IMG/VR virus record: IMGVR_UViG_3300031963_012969
DNA length: 64,000 nucleotides
Origin: a virus
Reading direction: 5' to 3' (one strand)
Shown here: piece by piece, positions 28,342-38,839 of the stretch
Numbering within the stretch: position 1 is the stretch's first letter
Layout of the letters: every line of letters starts with the position of its first letter
Position numbers and translations under genes: made by a program
Notes under the pieces: generated by a model
Seen by the model: the letters and a program-made list of their open reading frames with translations, nothing else
Database searches by the model: none
What the model was told of the DNA's origin: nothing

Positions 28342-28932
28342 TTATCTAAAATGATTGCCGCCAACCCATAATACTAGACTTTTTCTTATCCCAGACACTA
28401 CTGGCGTAACCCTATGTAGCAAATAAGACGGAAATAAAATAACTGCACCTTTGTCTTTTGGCAAGTCTTGTGACATTGATGACTTCATTATTTGTAAAAC
28501 TCCACCTTCGTATTCGGTTGGATCAGATAACTGTACAACCATACTTAATTTTCTTCTTGAAGTTAATCCTGGACCCAAGTCAAGATGCCAACCAAAATGA
28601 CCGCCACCTCCCAGATACTTTGTATATTGTATCGATTCATTTATACAATGAATATCAAAGTTCCATAAATCTTTGTTTGCTCTAAATGCGAGGTCGATCA
28701 TTTTATCATATAGCCACACAAAATTAGGATCTTCTTGGGGGATCCAACTAATTTTACTGTTTCTATGTTGCAAATTGGGTTTATCTGCACCGTAAGTAAC
28801 AGCATCCTGAGTCTCGACCCCTGAGAGTGATTCTTCAATTTTCTGTATTTCTTCTAAAGAAAACCCTGTTTTATACCAATACCAATTAGAAATATCTATA
28901 TCTTTTTGAGGAAAAATTGCTCTTTTGTCCAT
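28342..28932 (-). CDS. 2OG-Fe(II) oxygenase (prolyl-4-hydroxylase/PKHD-like)
   Basis: WHLD...RKLS...YEGG...FPSYLLHRVTPV..G.RKSLV.W. Confidence 0.93.
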   Translation of the reverse strand: MDKRAIFPQKDIDISNWYWYKTGFSLEEIQKIEESLSGVETQDAVTYGADKPNLQHRNSKISWIPQEDPNFVWLYDKMIDLAFRANKDLWNFDIHCINESIQYTKYLGGGGHFGWHLDLGPGLTSRRKLSMVVQLSDPTEYEGGVLQIMKSSMSQDLPKDKGAVILFPSYLLHRVTPVVSGIRKSLVLWVGGNHFR

Positions 28933-28996
28933 ATATTTAATGTTGTTGTGTTTTATTAATTGGGTATATATAAAAAATAATTTAATTCAAGTGTTT

Positions 28997-30853
28997 TTAA
29001 TAACCAATTACATTCTTTGGCGGTTTACCAAATTCTTTGCCGTACGCTAATCCTGGTAACGGATTAGTACCATGTATATTAGATGTTACGTCACCCTTTA
29101 TGATATTTTTCTTTAAATTTTTTTGAACATAAGATGTTCCAAGTTGAGACATCCAATCTTTATCGTGAGATGGATTCTCCATTAATCTAACCATATTTGG
29201 CTTAAAGCTTGGTTCGTGATCTGAAACCAAAACTTGTTTTTCCTCCATGTCATTCAATTCCTTCGCTACACTTTTAGTGATCTTTGTTCCAATGCTATAA
29301 TTTAGTACTGGTGCTTCTAGAAATTTTCCAATAGCTTTTTGTGGCTCCAAATTTAATGAATCTTGCCTAGGAACATAGCTTTTACTGAAAGAGCTATACT
29401 CTACAACCTCATCCGGTAAGTAATGACTAGATTCATCAGCATCAGTAACTGTAACGTGATCAACAACGGCTCTAGCTACTAACTCAGCATTTCTCCTGGA
29501 TACATCTATACCATTATCTTTGAATGTATCCTGTATTTGCTTCAGTAAGCTTAATCTTCCAGCACCAATACCCTTTAATCTTACTACGTCAGCTGGGTTC
29601 ATCAATCCGCTTGACAGTCTGTCTCCTGGTTCTACCGTGTCTCCCCTTTTTACTAAAATTTGGTGATCTGGGGATACATAGTGTTCTTTTCCAGATACAA
29701 TAATACTTGATCCGCCTTGAGGTAATTTATCTACTCTATCAACTACGCCATCCGTCTCAGAAATAGAAGCTTTGTCTGGAAAAGTTTCCGGTACCTGAAA
29801 TAGTGCGTTTATTGCTTTAAAGCCAGTTACTTTTGCCACATTGGCTACGCCAGCTGAGTGCTTAGTGGAAAGAAGACTTTGGCTAAGTGGCTCCGTTAAT
29901 GCACTTGCAGCAGAAAGACCAACGGCATCCGATAAACTTGGCAACGTCCCACGCTCTCTGATACCACAGCACTTTGAGCATACACCGTTGTGCGCGTTGC
30001 ACGTCATTGCAGACCTAACCAATATTTTGCTTTTTCCCTGTTTTTGTATATCTTTTATAATTTTGGGGGTAATCAATGTGCCCGCAGGATATCCAGAAAT
30101 GCCCTTAGCCAAAACAGATCCAGCATTGTCCTTGTCATCAATTGTAACTGGAATACCTGAAGAAGTTTTGCAGTCGTCTTCAGTGACCAATAAATCCATG
30201 GCAGCTGCATTTATCTGTTTCGCTAAAAACCCAGAATTTTGAGTGGAGAATTTTGTAGCTATCAATCCGGCTCTAGTTCCATAACTAGCAGCGAAGTATT
30301 CAGCTGGGGTCATCCCTTGCGTGTAGGAACTTTTTATTCCTATAGGGACTGGAGTATTTGTTTGGTCCATAACCAAGAAGTCGGCACCTATATTACTATT
30401 TAATTGACTCTTGTTTCCTCTTGCTCCAGATGCAACCATTTTTGCCAAATTTGAACCCCTTTTAAGAGACGCGTCAAATATCATATCTGGCATTTTTGAT
30501 GAATATTTGTTGTACAACTTAATTAACTTATTTTCCTTCTCTTCCTGTGTCAAAGTTTTGTCCGAAAAAATACTATTTTCTTCGGTCGTAACTTGGTCCA
30601 TCAAACTTTTTTTATCTATAGGAGATTCAAGGTCTTTCATCGAGAAAGAGCTTCCAGTCTCCACCGCCCCTTTAGATCCTAGTCTAAGTAACTTAAAAGA
30701 TATATCTCTATATTTTTCTGGTTCGTTTTCGGCTATTCTTTGTAGGACATCTTTAACCTCTTTGCTACCAATAGGCCTATCGTCAGGAATATCATTTCTG
30801 AACCCTTCTGGGACAATAGAATTAAAAATAAGTCTAGCTACTGTAGTAGTCAT
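28997..30853 (-). CDS. DNA-directed RNA polymerase, beta' C-terminal part
   Basis: SGARGN, bridge helix (YFAASYGTRAGLIATKFSTQNSGFL), TEDDC, VRS..TC....GVCSKC zinc site, trigger loop EPLSQSLLSTKH. Confidence 0.93.
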   Translation of the reverse strand: MTTTVARLIFNSIVPEGFRNDIPDDRPIGSKEVKDVLQRIAENEPEKYRDISFKLLRLGSKGAVETGSSFSMKDLESPIDKKSLMDQVTTEENSIFSDKTLTQEEKENKLIKLYNKYSSKMPDMIFDASLKRGSNLAKMVASGARGNKSQLNSNIGADFLVMDQTNTPVPIGIKSSYTQGMTPAEYFAASYGTRAGLIATKFSTQNSGFLAKQINAAAMDLLVTEDDCKTSSGIPVTIDDKDNAGSVLAKGISGYPAGTLITPKIIKDIQKQGKSKILVRSAMTCNAHNGVCSKCCGIRERGTLPSLSDAVGLSAASALTEPLSQSLLSTKHSAGVANVAKVTGFKAINALFQVPETFPDKASISETDGVVDRVDKLPQGGSSIIVSGKEHYVSPDHQILVKRGDTVEPGDRLSSGLMNPADVVRLKGIGAGRLSLLKQIQDTFKDNGIDVSRRNAELVARAVVDHVTVTDADESSHYLPDEVVEYSSFSKSYVPRQDSLNLEPQKAIGKFLEAPVLNYSIGTKITKSVAKELNDMEEKQVLVSDHEPSFKPNMVRLMENPSHDKDWMSQLGTSYVQKNLKKNIIKGDVTSNIHGTNPLPGLAYGKEFGKPPKNVIGY

Positions 30854-30863
30854 TTAAAGTAAA

Positions 30864-32168
30864 CTATACCCTATGGTAATATATACACTCAAGTCCCTTA
30901 TTTTTGTCATACAAAAAAGCTTGAGCACACCTATTTGATGTAACATACCCAGAGTTGCTATGCCAAGCATCAGGTGCAGATAAACTTGGAATAACTCTTG
31001 CTATCACTCCACCCTCTTCAATTGAAGACTCTCTATGTAAATGGCCAAGATGCCACTCACAATAAACTGTTTTTCCCCACAGCTCTCTTTGTTCAACTTG
31101 AGCTATTCTAGTGAGTTGATTTAATTTTATTTTATCTCCGTGAGTGAAACACAAAAGCGTATTTCCAACTGCATGATATTTTCTAGATGTAGCTGCATTA
31201 TCTATTGATATGGTTTTAGAACCCTTGAAAAATGCTCCAAGGAACTCACCTAAATAAAAAGTTCTCTCTATGTCGTGGTTTCCTGGAACTATAATAACCT
31301 TTACTGGTGCAATTGAGTTGCATTGATTTATTGCCCATGTAGACAATTCACAACCTCTTCTAAAAGATTTTTGCCAACGACTATCTTCGTTCTGTGGAGT
31401 TCCATTACCTGTAGTATTTTCCTTGTTATTTACATTAAAGAAATCATTACCTATTGGTAGAATTATCTCCGATATTTTTTCGCCTTTGACTTTATCTAAA
31501 AAATCCAGCAAAGCTGATCTAAATTTTTCTATAGCCTCTGCAGAATTATAATTACTGTGTCCTGTTTCTTCTTCCCAAGCAAGTTTCCCCAAGTGTAGAT
31601 CTGGGATTGAAATTTCAAAAACCTTTCCACCAGAAACATTGTGCTTCTTTTGTGTAGTTAAAGAATTTTTTATGCCAGATATACAGCTATTAAAAATATC
31701 CGAAATGTTTTCTCGAGTTAATTGATTTCTTTTGAGCTGTGCTTTTACTTGGTACAAGTTCTTAGTTACAACGTCTCCGTCCTTTGATTTCATTCCAACT
31801 GGCCAAGTGTTAGCTGTCCACCTTTCGATTTGCCATTTTTTTAGGTCTATATTACAGGCGCTAATCAAGTCCTCCAATGTTTTAATATCTTCTGTTACCG
31901 ACTCTGCCTCCATTTCGTTCTCGTCTCCAACGCATCTAGTTTTGCTTTGTTTTTGAGGTACATGTTGTAATCCTTCCTTGGCGAACTCAAACGATTGTGA
32001 AAATTTTTCAAATAAATTAGATGAAGGTCTAAGTGCGTGTTCCACAGAGCTAAAACTACGCATTAATTTTTTTGCTATTTTGTCATACGTCAGACCATTG
32101 TTTTTGTAGTTGCAGGCTTTTTCAAACTCGTTTTTTGTCCAGGATGTGTTGTTTTTTTTGTTTATCAT
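30864..32168 (-). CDS. Calcineurin-like metallophosphoesterase with N-terminal HTH
   Basis: DLHLG, GND, GNHD, THG and GHLH motifs. Confidence 0.85.
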   Translation of the reverse strand: MINKKNNTSWTKNEFEKACNYKNNGLTYDKIAKKLMRSFSSVEHALRPSSNLFEKFSQSFEFAKEGLQHVPQKQSKTRCVGDENEMEAESVTEDIKTLEDLISACNIDLKKWQIERWTANTWPVGMKSKDGDVVTKNLYQVKAQLKRNQLTRENISDIFNSCISGIKNSLTTQKKHNVSGGKVFEISIPDLHLGKLAWEEETGHSNYNSAEAIEKFRSALLDFLDKVKGEKISEIILPIGNDFFNVNNKENTTGNGTPQNEDSRWQKSFRRGCELSTWAINQCNSIAPVKVIIVPGNHDIERTFYLGEFLGAFFKGSKTISIDNAATSRKYHAVGNTLLCFTHGDKIKLNQLTRIAQVEQRELWGKTVYCEWHLGHLHRESSIEEGGVIARVIPSLSAPDAWHSNSGYVTSNRCAQAFLYDKNKGLECIYYHRV

Positions 32169-32169
32169 C

Positions 32170-32394
32170 TTATTGTTCTTTTATTTTTATACCTAAATTT
32201 TTAGCCACTTGGTCAAAATCTTCCTGATCATCTCTTGATATAATCATTACTGGGCTTGGAGGCATTAACAATACTAACGCAACAAGGGTATTTGTATTAT
32301 CCCTTATCTCTATTGTTTTAACCTCTTTTGTATCTAGCAGTGGCTCTTCTAGGGGGTTATTTTTTGCAATAACTCTCAAAGAATAATCTGGCAT
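32170..32394 (-). CDS. Hypothetical protein
   Basis: 74-aa ORF tightly packed in the operon. Confidence 0.6.
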   Translation of the reverse strand: MPDYSLRVIAKNNPLEEPLLDTKEVKTIEIRDNTNTLVALVLLMPPSPVMIISRDDQEDFDQVAKNLGIKIKEQ

Positions 32395-32399
32395 GTTTT

Positions 32400-32858
32400 T
32401 TATTGTGCTGGTTGTACCTCAGTATTTGCTTGAGCCTGTTGATCGGCTGAAGCAGATTGCTGCTCTTGTTGAGCTGCTGCTTGCTGTGGATCTGCACCAG
32501 TTATTTGTGCCATCATTTGCTCTATTTGGTCAAGTCTTTCTTGAACACTTTTTTTCTTTTCCCCCTTACCACCCATTTTCATTGCCTGTAATTCCATACC
32601 AATTTGTTGAACAATTTGCATTGTTTGCTGCTGCATTTGTGCTAACTGCTCTAGCCCTCCCTGTATTAATTGTGCAAGCTCTGGAAATCCTATCTGAGGC
32701 TGACCATCAGTTCCTGGAGCTGGTGGAGGTGGCTGAGGAATTGATCCTTCTTGTTGAGCCTGTGCTATTGCTTGTTGTGTTTGGGGAGAGGACACAAAAG
32801 CTTTTTTATCTATCTTGTTTAATATTTCGTTTAATAACTCTGTATTAAAATTTAACAT
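32400..32858 (-). CDS. Gln-rich protein with KKA leader
   Basis: MLNFNTELLNEILNKIDKKAFV leader; Q/P-rich. Confidence 0.6.
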   Translation of the reverse strand: MLNFNTELLNEILNKIDKKAFVSSPQTQQAIAQAQQEGSIPQPPPPAPGTDGQPQIGFPELAQLIQGGLEQLAQMQQQTMQIVQQIGMELQAMKMGGKGEKKKSVQERLDQIEQMMAQITGADPQQAAAQQEQQSASADQQAQANTEVQPAQ

Positions 32859-32869
32859 ATATTTATTCC

Positions 32870-33487
32870 TTATCTAAAAAGTAACCTACAGGTCATAAAT
32901 TCTCCTGGGGATGTGTCGGCTACAGAAATTACCTTCAATCTTATTTGATCCTGTGGGTAAAATTCTTTTTCTTTTGTAAAAATCTCGTAATAAAATAACT
33001 TACTATCTTCTATTATAGTTTCATTTATAGTTGAGTTTGTATTCTCCTCTTTTAGTTGTATTACAGTAGAGCCGCCAACTGGGCTCATAAAAAAACTTAC
33101 CTGCATTCCGTAACAGATCAATGATTGTGTCCCAGGTATGTCAAAATAACCAAAAGTTTTCCCAGCAAATAAAGCTCCAGGAAAATAAAAATCTACAAAT
33201 CCAGGGGCCGAAGCAGAACCAGATGTAGTTCCTGGACCGGCACTCAGTGTTACTAATGAATTTATTGGTCTCCATACCACATTTCCGTCTAAGTCTAGTG
33301 TCGGAACCCAACCCTCGGTAGCCAAAGAAGATGGCTGACTTATGAACTCTTTCCAAACCTTACCGCCATCTTTTGTGTATTGTATAGAAAGAGACCCAGA
33401 GGAGGGGTTCCTATAAAATCTAGTTTTTTGGCTATCGACCAATGGGTTTGGTATAAAATGTTGGTCCCCTAAAATTGGATCTGGCAT
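32870..33487 (-). CDS. Hypothetical protein, possibly structural
   Basis: Beta-rich C-terminal domain; ORF packing. Confidence 0.5.
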   Translation of the reverse strand: MPDPILGDQHFIPNPLVDSQKTRFYRNPSSGSLSIQYTKDGGKVWKEFISQPSSLATEGWVPTLDLDGNVVWRPINSLVTLSAGPGTTSGSASAPGFVDFYFPGALFAGKTFGYFDIPGTQSLICYGMQVSFFMSPVGGSTVIQLKEENTNSTINETIIEDSKLFYYEIFTKEKEFYPQDQIRLKVISVADTSPGEFMTCRLLFR

Positions 33488-33490
33488 ACC

Positions 33491-34114
33491 TTAAATATTG
33501 AATAATTTTTTAATTAAACCCTTTGGTTTTTCTTCTTGTTTACTTAAATCCTCTGATTCTTCTTCTGGAAGATCTATTACCCCCACATTCAAATCAGTGT
33601 CTTGATTTGGTCTCTTTCTAAGACTTGTGCTAACCCTAATAACTTTCCCTTCCCCTACCCTCTTGGCCGCTCTACTCATGTTTAATATCATGGGGATTAA
33701 AGCAGCAGTCCCAAGTACCCCAGCTCCACCAATAATTGTTTTTTCTGTGGGGGACAATTTATCTAGGAATGGTTTTCTTATATGTTCTTGTGTTTTTGCA
33801 ATTTCATCTTGTGATTTTTGCAGTCCATGTAATGCAGGAATCGCTGCTAGAGCCACATCTTTTGTGGGTGCCAATAGAACAGTTCCAAGTCCTTTTGTTA
33901 CATCACCTTTTCTAATTAGATTACCACCAAGGGCTCCCGTAAGTAGATTGACTACACCGAGCCCAATTCTGGATGGGGTTACATCGCTATAGTTGTCTTT
34001 ATTCTGAAGGTAATCCAGTCCGCCAGCGGTTACACCACCTGTAATTAATGGGGTAAGCAAATTCTTAGCAACAGATGCATTTTTACCAAATAACACTGAG
34101 GGCTTCGTATTCAT
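33491..34114 (-). CDS. Glycine-zipper protein with KNA leader
   Basis: Start moved to MNTKPSVLFGKNAS; three Gly-rich hydrophobic helices. Confidence 0.55.
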   Translation of the reverse strand: MNTKPSVLFGKNASVAKNLLTPLITGGVTAGGLDYLQNKDNYSDVTPSRIGLGVVNLLTGALGGNLIRKGDVTKGLGTVLLAPTKDVALAAIPALHGLQKSQDEIAKTQEHIRKPFLDKLSPTEKTIIGGAGVLGTAALIPMILNMSRAAKRVGEGKVIRVSTSLRKRPNQDTDLNVGVIDLPEEESEDLSKQEEKPKGLIKKLFNI

Positions 34115-34121
34115 TTTTATA

Positions 34122-37100
34122 TTATGCACTAATTTCAACTGGTGTGTCGATTGATATTTCTCCCCTTCTGTATGCAGATATTACTTCTGATGCGTCTTTG
34201 AATTTTACTGAAGGTTTATTTTTGTCTATATTCGTTGTGTTGTAAAGTCCTAAAACAAATTCCTGAGATGGGGTATAAAATATCTTATTATCTTTTATTG
34301 ATAGTAAGTTTTTCGACGGCATTAATTTTTTATTAGCCTCTTGTATGGCGTCATCGGATACAGGTACATGTACATTCATTTGATCTCCATCAAAATCTAA
34401 GTTAAATCCTTTGACTATTAATGGGCTAACCTGAATAGAATCTCCTGTAACGAGTCTTGGGGTAGCGGCCATAATATTGAATCTATGTAGAGCTGGTGCT
34501 CTATTGTATAGAACTGGCCTTTCGGACATTTCATCAAGCAAGAATTTTTTAGCATAATCGCTTTTTCTTTCGACGTTTAATGCTGCTTGAGTAGATGGCA
34601 TCCCATTCTTAACCATTCTTCTCATCACAAATGGAGCATATAATTTCCATGCCATTTTTTCTGGAATACCTATGCTGTCCATATCTAGGTCGTCACTAGG
34701 AATTGTCACACCTCTACCGACTGTATTTACGGTGTGCCCAATTACCTTAGATAAAAACATTCCAGTCTTTGGGCCACCAGATCCTGCTAGTGATTTTATA
34801 AAACCTTTTACACCTTTTTGCTGTAATTTTGGGTGAAGTGGATCTCCAAGCCCCATCACAGCAGTTAATGCGTCATATACAGAAAGTTTTTCATCTCCAG
34901 CCTCTGATTCTCCAAACGCATCTTTAGATTCTCTATGAAGATCTCTAGCTGTCATTAAGTCTTTATATAAATAATTTGCATCAGCACTTAACATCATTTT
35001 ACCAGCCATCGATACAGGTCTATAGCTTGGGGGCAACACAGGAACTTTTTTCATAAAAAAGTCATCTTTATCTAATCCCTGTTTTCTTATTCCAGATAAA
35101 ATATTTAATTTTTTTACTGCATCATTCCTAGATGTTTTTGATCCATTTCTTATTGCGGATCTCAAGTCTTCTTCCATTCTATTGAAGTCTATAGATTGGT
35201 ATGCATTAACTAATGCCTCGGGTCCAGTTCTTCCATCAATCATTTCTTTTCCAGATAGAACGTCCCTCATTTTGTTCTCAGTGAGCCCAAGTAATTTTCT
35301 TAGTGGTTCTTCTAATATTGGATTTGGAATTGGCTCGTCCAATGATATGAAGCTCCAGTTTTTACCGTCTATGCCGTGCAACGATTGATCCATTAGACCA
35401 CCTTTTACGGGCTCCCCAGTTCTAGGGTTTATTGTTTCAGCATTGCTAAGTTCTCTGTTTTCAACTAATGAATCTATGTCCGCTTTTTTTAAAGCTTTTA
35501 TTGTTATATTTGCTCCCCTTTTGTCTGGATTGATTCCAGCCGCTTTTAGTGTGTTGGTGAATTTTTCATAGATAAAGGGGGTTTTTGGTGCTGGTAATGA
35601 CATGCCCATTTTTATAGATCTCCACATATCCACGTTTGCACCCGTCCTATAATTCTGAATATCGAATAAATTTTTAACAGCACCATGAGAAAGTAATGCC
35701 ATTGTATCTAACATACCTATTCTTTTTGCACTTTCTGATCCACCTGGTTTACCTGGTTGTTCGTTTAGGTCTGGATTACCCTCATCTATCGCGCTAAGCT
35801 TTGCGTCTGCTGTATGCTCTAGCTTTAGAAAATTTTGTATACCAGTGAGAACTTTTGGTATTACTTTATTTGTTTCTGGGTCCAGTAAGTCTTCTGTATC
35901 TGATACCTGATTAAGCTCTAATTCATTTTTTACGAAGTCGTGAAACGAGTCAGAAGAAAAGGATGGAAGTGTATATCTTTTTCCAGTCTTTGTGGCGACT
36001 TTTCCTAACAAAGCTTCATATACCATGCCTGGGTTAACTCTTCCAATCATGGCAGCTGGATTGATCAATATATCCACTGTGTTTCCGTCTTTATCCTTAA
36101 ACATCTTATCATCAGGAATTATTCGACCAATAACCCCCTTAGCAGCAAATCTAGATGATATTTTATCCCCAGGCTTTGCTGGAAAATTTGCTGATATGTT
36201 TACAGACAAACCTCTTCTTGTTTCTATGGCATCTATAACGTTACCATTTACGTTTTTTTCCCATGTTTGGCTTTTATCTATAAAAGATTTTTTGAGAATT
36301 TTATGTAGATTTCCCTTAGCTCTGTCTTCTGCCCTTAGAATCCTAGGAGCAACAGATAAAAATACTGGATCACCAGGATTTATTTCTGCGCCTGGTTTAA
36401 TCATTCCATTGTCGTCTATCTTGTTTAGCTGTTCCTTTGTGTATTTATTTGGGAACAATTGTATAAATTTATTTTTATTGGAAACTACTCCGTCCTTATT
36501 CTCTACATCAAATCCATATAAATGCGATGACGTAAGTTTAGATGCAGCGCCTTCACTAATTGTAATAGAGTCCTCAAACGTACCGCCCTGTTTTCCTGGC
36601 ATAAAAGCTACCCTAAGATTCTTGCCTATAGATAGTTCTCCATCTTTATTTACATAATTTGAATGAGCTAATGCTTGTCCGGTTTTAACTTGATCGCCTG
36701 GCTTAACTAATGGAGTATCTGTAGTAAATGTCTTTCTGTTGTGTGGATAAAAATATCTTAACTCCATGTCCACATCTTTTTTGTCTAACCCAGTTATTGT
36801 TATTCTATCGTTTGTTATTTTTTTAACTACCCCGTCAGTTGGGGACGCGACAACCCCTATTTTAGACCCTATGGTCTTTTCTAGTGGTTGTTCATTGTCT
36901 TCGTCTAATGACATTACAAGAGGTGGCTCTGGTTGTGCCATCGGCAAAGCTTGAGTAAAATACTTGCCAGCCATAAATGCTCTAGCCCCCTTCATTGTAC
37001 TAAACATTGGGGCTAGATTAATAGAGTCTGTATACACGTGCGAAGGGGACAATATTTTGTATTCCACTTCGTCTGGGGTAGCATAAGTTAACTTACCCTT

Positions 37101-37214
37101 TTTCATTGCTGGAACCGGGTAAGACGATTTTGATCCGTTAGGATCTATTACTTGTGGTAACGCATTCTTCTGGACAAAGTCTGGAAAAAGCTCTGAAAAC
37201 AAATCTTTTTTCAT
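34122..37214 (-). CDS. DNA-directed RNA polymerase, fused beta C-terminal + beta' N-terminal (catalytic) subunit
   Basis: beta motifs GKNLRVAFMP, FEDSI, GDKISSRFAAKGV, LKLEH; beta' motifs ETINPRT, PVLPPSYRP, NRAPALHR, FNLDFDGDQM. Confidence 0.95.
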   Translation of the reverse strand: MKKDLFSELFPDFVQKNALPQVIDPNGSKSSYPVPAMKKGKLTYATPDEVEYKILSPSHVYTDSINLAPMFSTMKGARAFMAGKYFTQALPMAQPEPPLVMSLDEDNEQPLEKTIGSKIGVVASPTDGVVKKITNDRITITGLDKKDVDMELRYFYPHNRKTFTTDTPLVKPGDQVKTGQALAHSNYVNKDGELSIGKNLRVAFMPGKQGGTFEDSITISEGAASKLTSSHLYGFDVENKDGVVSNKNKFIQLFPNKYTKEQLNKIDDNGMIKPGAEINPGDPVFLSVAPRILRAEDRAKGNLHKILKKSFIDKSQTWEKNVNGNVIDAIETRRGLSVNISANFPAKPGDKISSRFAAKGVIGRIIPDDKMFKDKDGNTVDILINPAAMIGRVNPGMVYEALLGKVATKTGKRYTLPSFSSDSFHDFVKNELELNQVSDTEDLLDPETNKVIPKVLTGIQNFLKLEHTADAKLSAIDEGNPDLNEQPGKPGGSESAKRIGMLDTMALLSHGAVKNLFDIQNYRTGANVDMWRSIKMGMSLPAPKTPFIYEKFTNTLKAAGINPDKRGANITIKALKKADIDSLVENRELSNAETINPRTGEPVKGGLMDQSLHGIDGKNWSFISLDEPIPNPILEEPLRKLLGLTENKMRDVLSGKEMIDGRTGPEALVNAYQSIDFNRMEEDLRSAIRNGSKTSRNDAVKKLNILSGIRKQGLDKDDFFMKKVPVLPPSYRPVSMAGKMMLSADANYLYKDLMTARDLHRESKDAFGESEAGDEKLSVYDALTAVMGLGDPLHPKLQQKGVKGFIKSLAGSGGPKTGMFLSKVIGHTVNTVGRGVTIPSDDLDMDSIGIPEKMAWKLYAPFVMRRMVKNGMPSTQAALNVERKSDYAKKFLLDEMSERPVLYNRAPALHRFNIMAATPRLVTGDSIQVSPLIVKGFNLDFDGDQMNVHVPVSDDAIQEANKKLMPSKNLLSIKDNKIFYTPSQEFVLGLYNTTNIDKNKPSVKFKDASEVISAYRRGEISIDTPVEISA

Positions 37215-37217
37215 GTA

Positions 37218-37823
37218 TTAATAAATTAAATATCTACGTATAAACATATTCAAAGAGTTCAAACATCTTTCAGATCTATATATTAAATAACTTATAGATT
37301 TCCAGAAATGTTTCCAGCCAGCTTTATTTAGCAACTTCCTAAATCTATTTATTAGTTTTTTATCCTTTTCCTTTTGTTCATGTATTAGTCTTTCAAAGCT
37401 AATTGAATGTTTTTCGGTTGTTTTTACCTCAACTAATAAAATCTTATCTAATTTCCCGTAAATAAAGTATGCATCAAAATCCATCCAGGTTTCCTCTGTG
37501 TCGGATGAGTCTATGCTACTATAAAATGTTATTTTGCCGTGATAGTCTATTTTCTTTGTATATCTATCTTTCTCTATTACTTCTTTCCAGATATTCCACG
37601 GTCTAACGTCTTTACTTTTTCTCTCTTCTTCAGAGAATGGTATGTATTCTCTTTCTACTATCTCTTCTACTAGATCTCCAGTTTCTGTTATGAAGTATTG
37701 ACTTAAACAATTATCTAAGTCTTTTGTTTGAAAATTTATTTCACTCCAATTAATTGAATGTTTCTTTAATTCGTCATTAAGTGGTAATTCTACACTGACT
37801 TTAATTTCATCGAACATCCCCAT
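37218..37823 (-). CDS. Conserved phage hypothetical protein
   Basis: MGMFD...FQTKDL.NCL..Y.I pattern, which I recall from phage proteins of unknown function. Confidence 0.6.
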   Translation of the reverse strand: MGMFDEIKVSVELPLNDELKKHSINWSEINFQTKDLDNCLSQYFITETGDLVEEIVEREYIPFSEEERKSKDVRPWNIWKEVIEKDRYTKKIDYHGKITFYSSIDSSDTEETWMDFDAYFIYGKLDKILLVEVKTTEKHSISFERLIHEQKEKDKKLINRFRKLLNKAGWKHFWKSISYLIYRSERCLNSLNMFIRRYLIY

Positions 37824-37828
37824 ATGTA

Positions 37829-38827
37829 TTAAGTTATATTTGCTGTGTTTATTGAATTATTGGAAACATTCTTAAATGCATCTGGATTCCTAATTATAGC
37901 GTCTATTATTGTTTTTTTAGGAACTTTGTTTCTTAGAGAATTTAAGTATGGATCTGGATTTTGCTGAGCTTTTCTTGCTACAGTTCTCGCAAGGAACCCA
38001 GGAACGCCTGGTATTTTCCAGTCGTGTTTTATAGCGTTATTAAAGAATTGGTCAACGTTTAAATTTTTAGACAAAATTCTTTTGTATAATCCCTCTGGTG
38101 TTTCATTTGGAATACTGGTCTGAAGTTGCGGCAATTGAGCGTTAGACTTTTTCTGGAACGGTTGTCCAACTGGCTGAAATTGATTTGCCTGTTGAGGCAT
38201 TTGTTTCATGGGAACAGACACATTAGATGGAATACCTGGTCCAGTGGATGTAGCGCTAGATGTATAAGTTGGTGTATAATTTTGATTTATCTGTCCAGGA
38301 TTACGCGCAGCCTCGTCCATGGAGTTTTGAACATTAAGTTTACCTAGCTCGCCTAACATTTGTCCTGTACCTGCTATAGTTTTAATAGGGTTAGCAAATC
38401 CATGCCAAGCTCTACCCATGACACCTTTATCTGCAACCTGTTGAGTTTCTGCTAAATTTTTTGCGGGATCCATTGCGACATCTACCCCTTGCAACGCCAT
38501 ATTTCCGGCCCATGCCCATGGTGCCGCTTTAGAAGCAAATCCCAATGCTTTCCCAGCCACTCCAGCTGCGTTAGATGATTGAGCCATCGCTCCAATTGCG
38601 TTATTCATTCTAGGAGCAACCTTTGACAAGTGATGACGTCCTTCGTGCAACAAACTGCTGGCTCCTGTACCGCCTTCGGCAATACTAACTGCTTGATGTA
38701 GTCCATGCCCGTGTCCAGTGTTTGCTACGGCAAGACCGTCACTTACAGCAGAAATTGGCTGACTAATTAATCTTGGAATGCTGCCAAATCCAGCCTTTTT
38801 ACTTAACAAAGATAATATTTTTTTCAT
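37829..38827 (-). CDS. Gly/Ala-rich protein with KKA leader
   Basis: MKKILSLLSKKAGFG leader; amphipathic Gly/Ala helices; Q/P linker. Confidence 0.55.
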   Translation of the reverse strand: MKKILSLLSKKAGFGSIPRLISQPISAVSDGLAVANTGHGHGLHQAVSIAEGGTGASSLLHEGRHHLSKVAPRMNNAIGAMAQSSNAAGVAGKALGFASKAAPWAWAGNMALQGVDVAMDPAKNLAETQQVADKGVMGRAWHGFANPIKTIAGTGQMLGELGKLNVQNSMDEAARNPGQINQNYTPTYTSSATSTGPGIPSNVSVPMKQMPQQANQFQPVGQPFQKKSNAQLPQLQTSIPNETPEGLYKRILSKNLNVDQFFNNAIKHDWKIPGVPGFLARTVARKAQQNPDPYLNSLRNKVPKKTIIDAIIRNPDAFKNVSNNSINTANIT

Positions 38828-38839
38828 ACAATAATGTCA

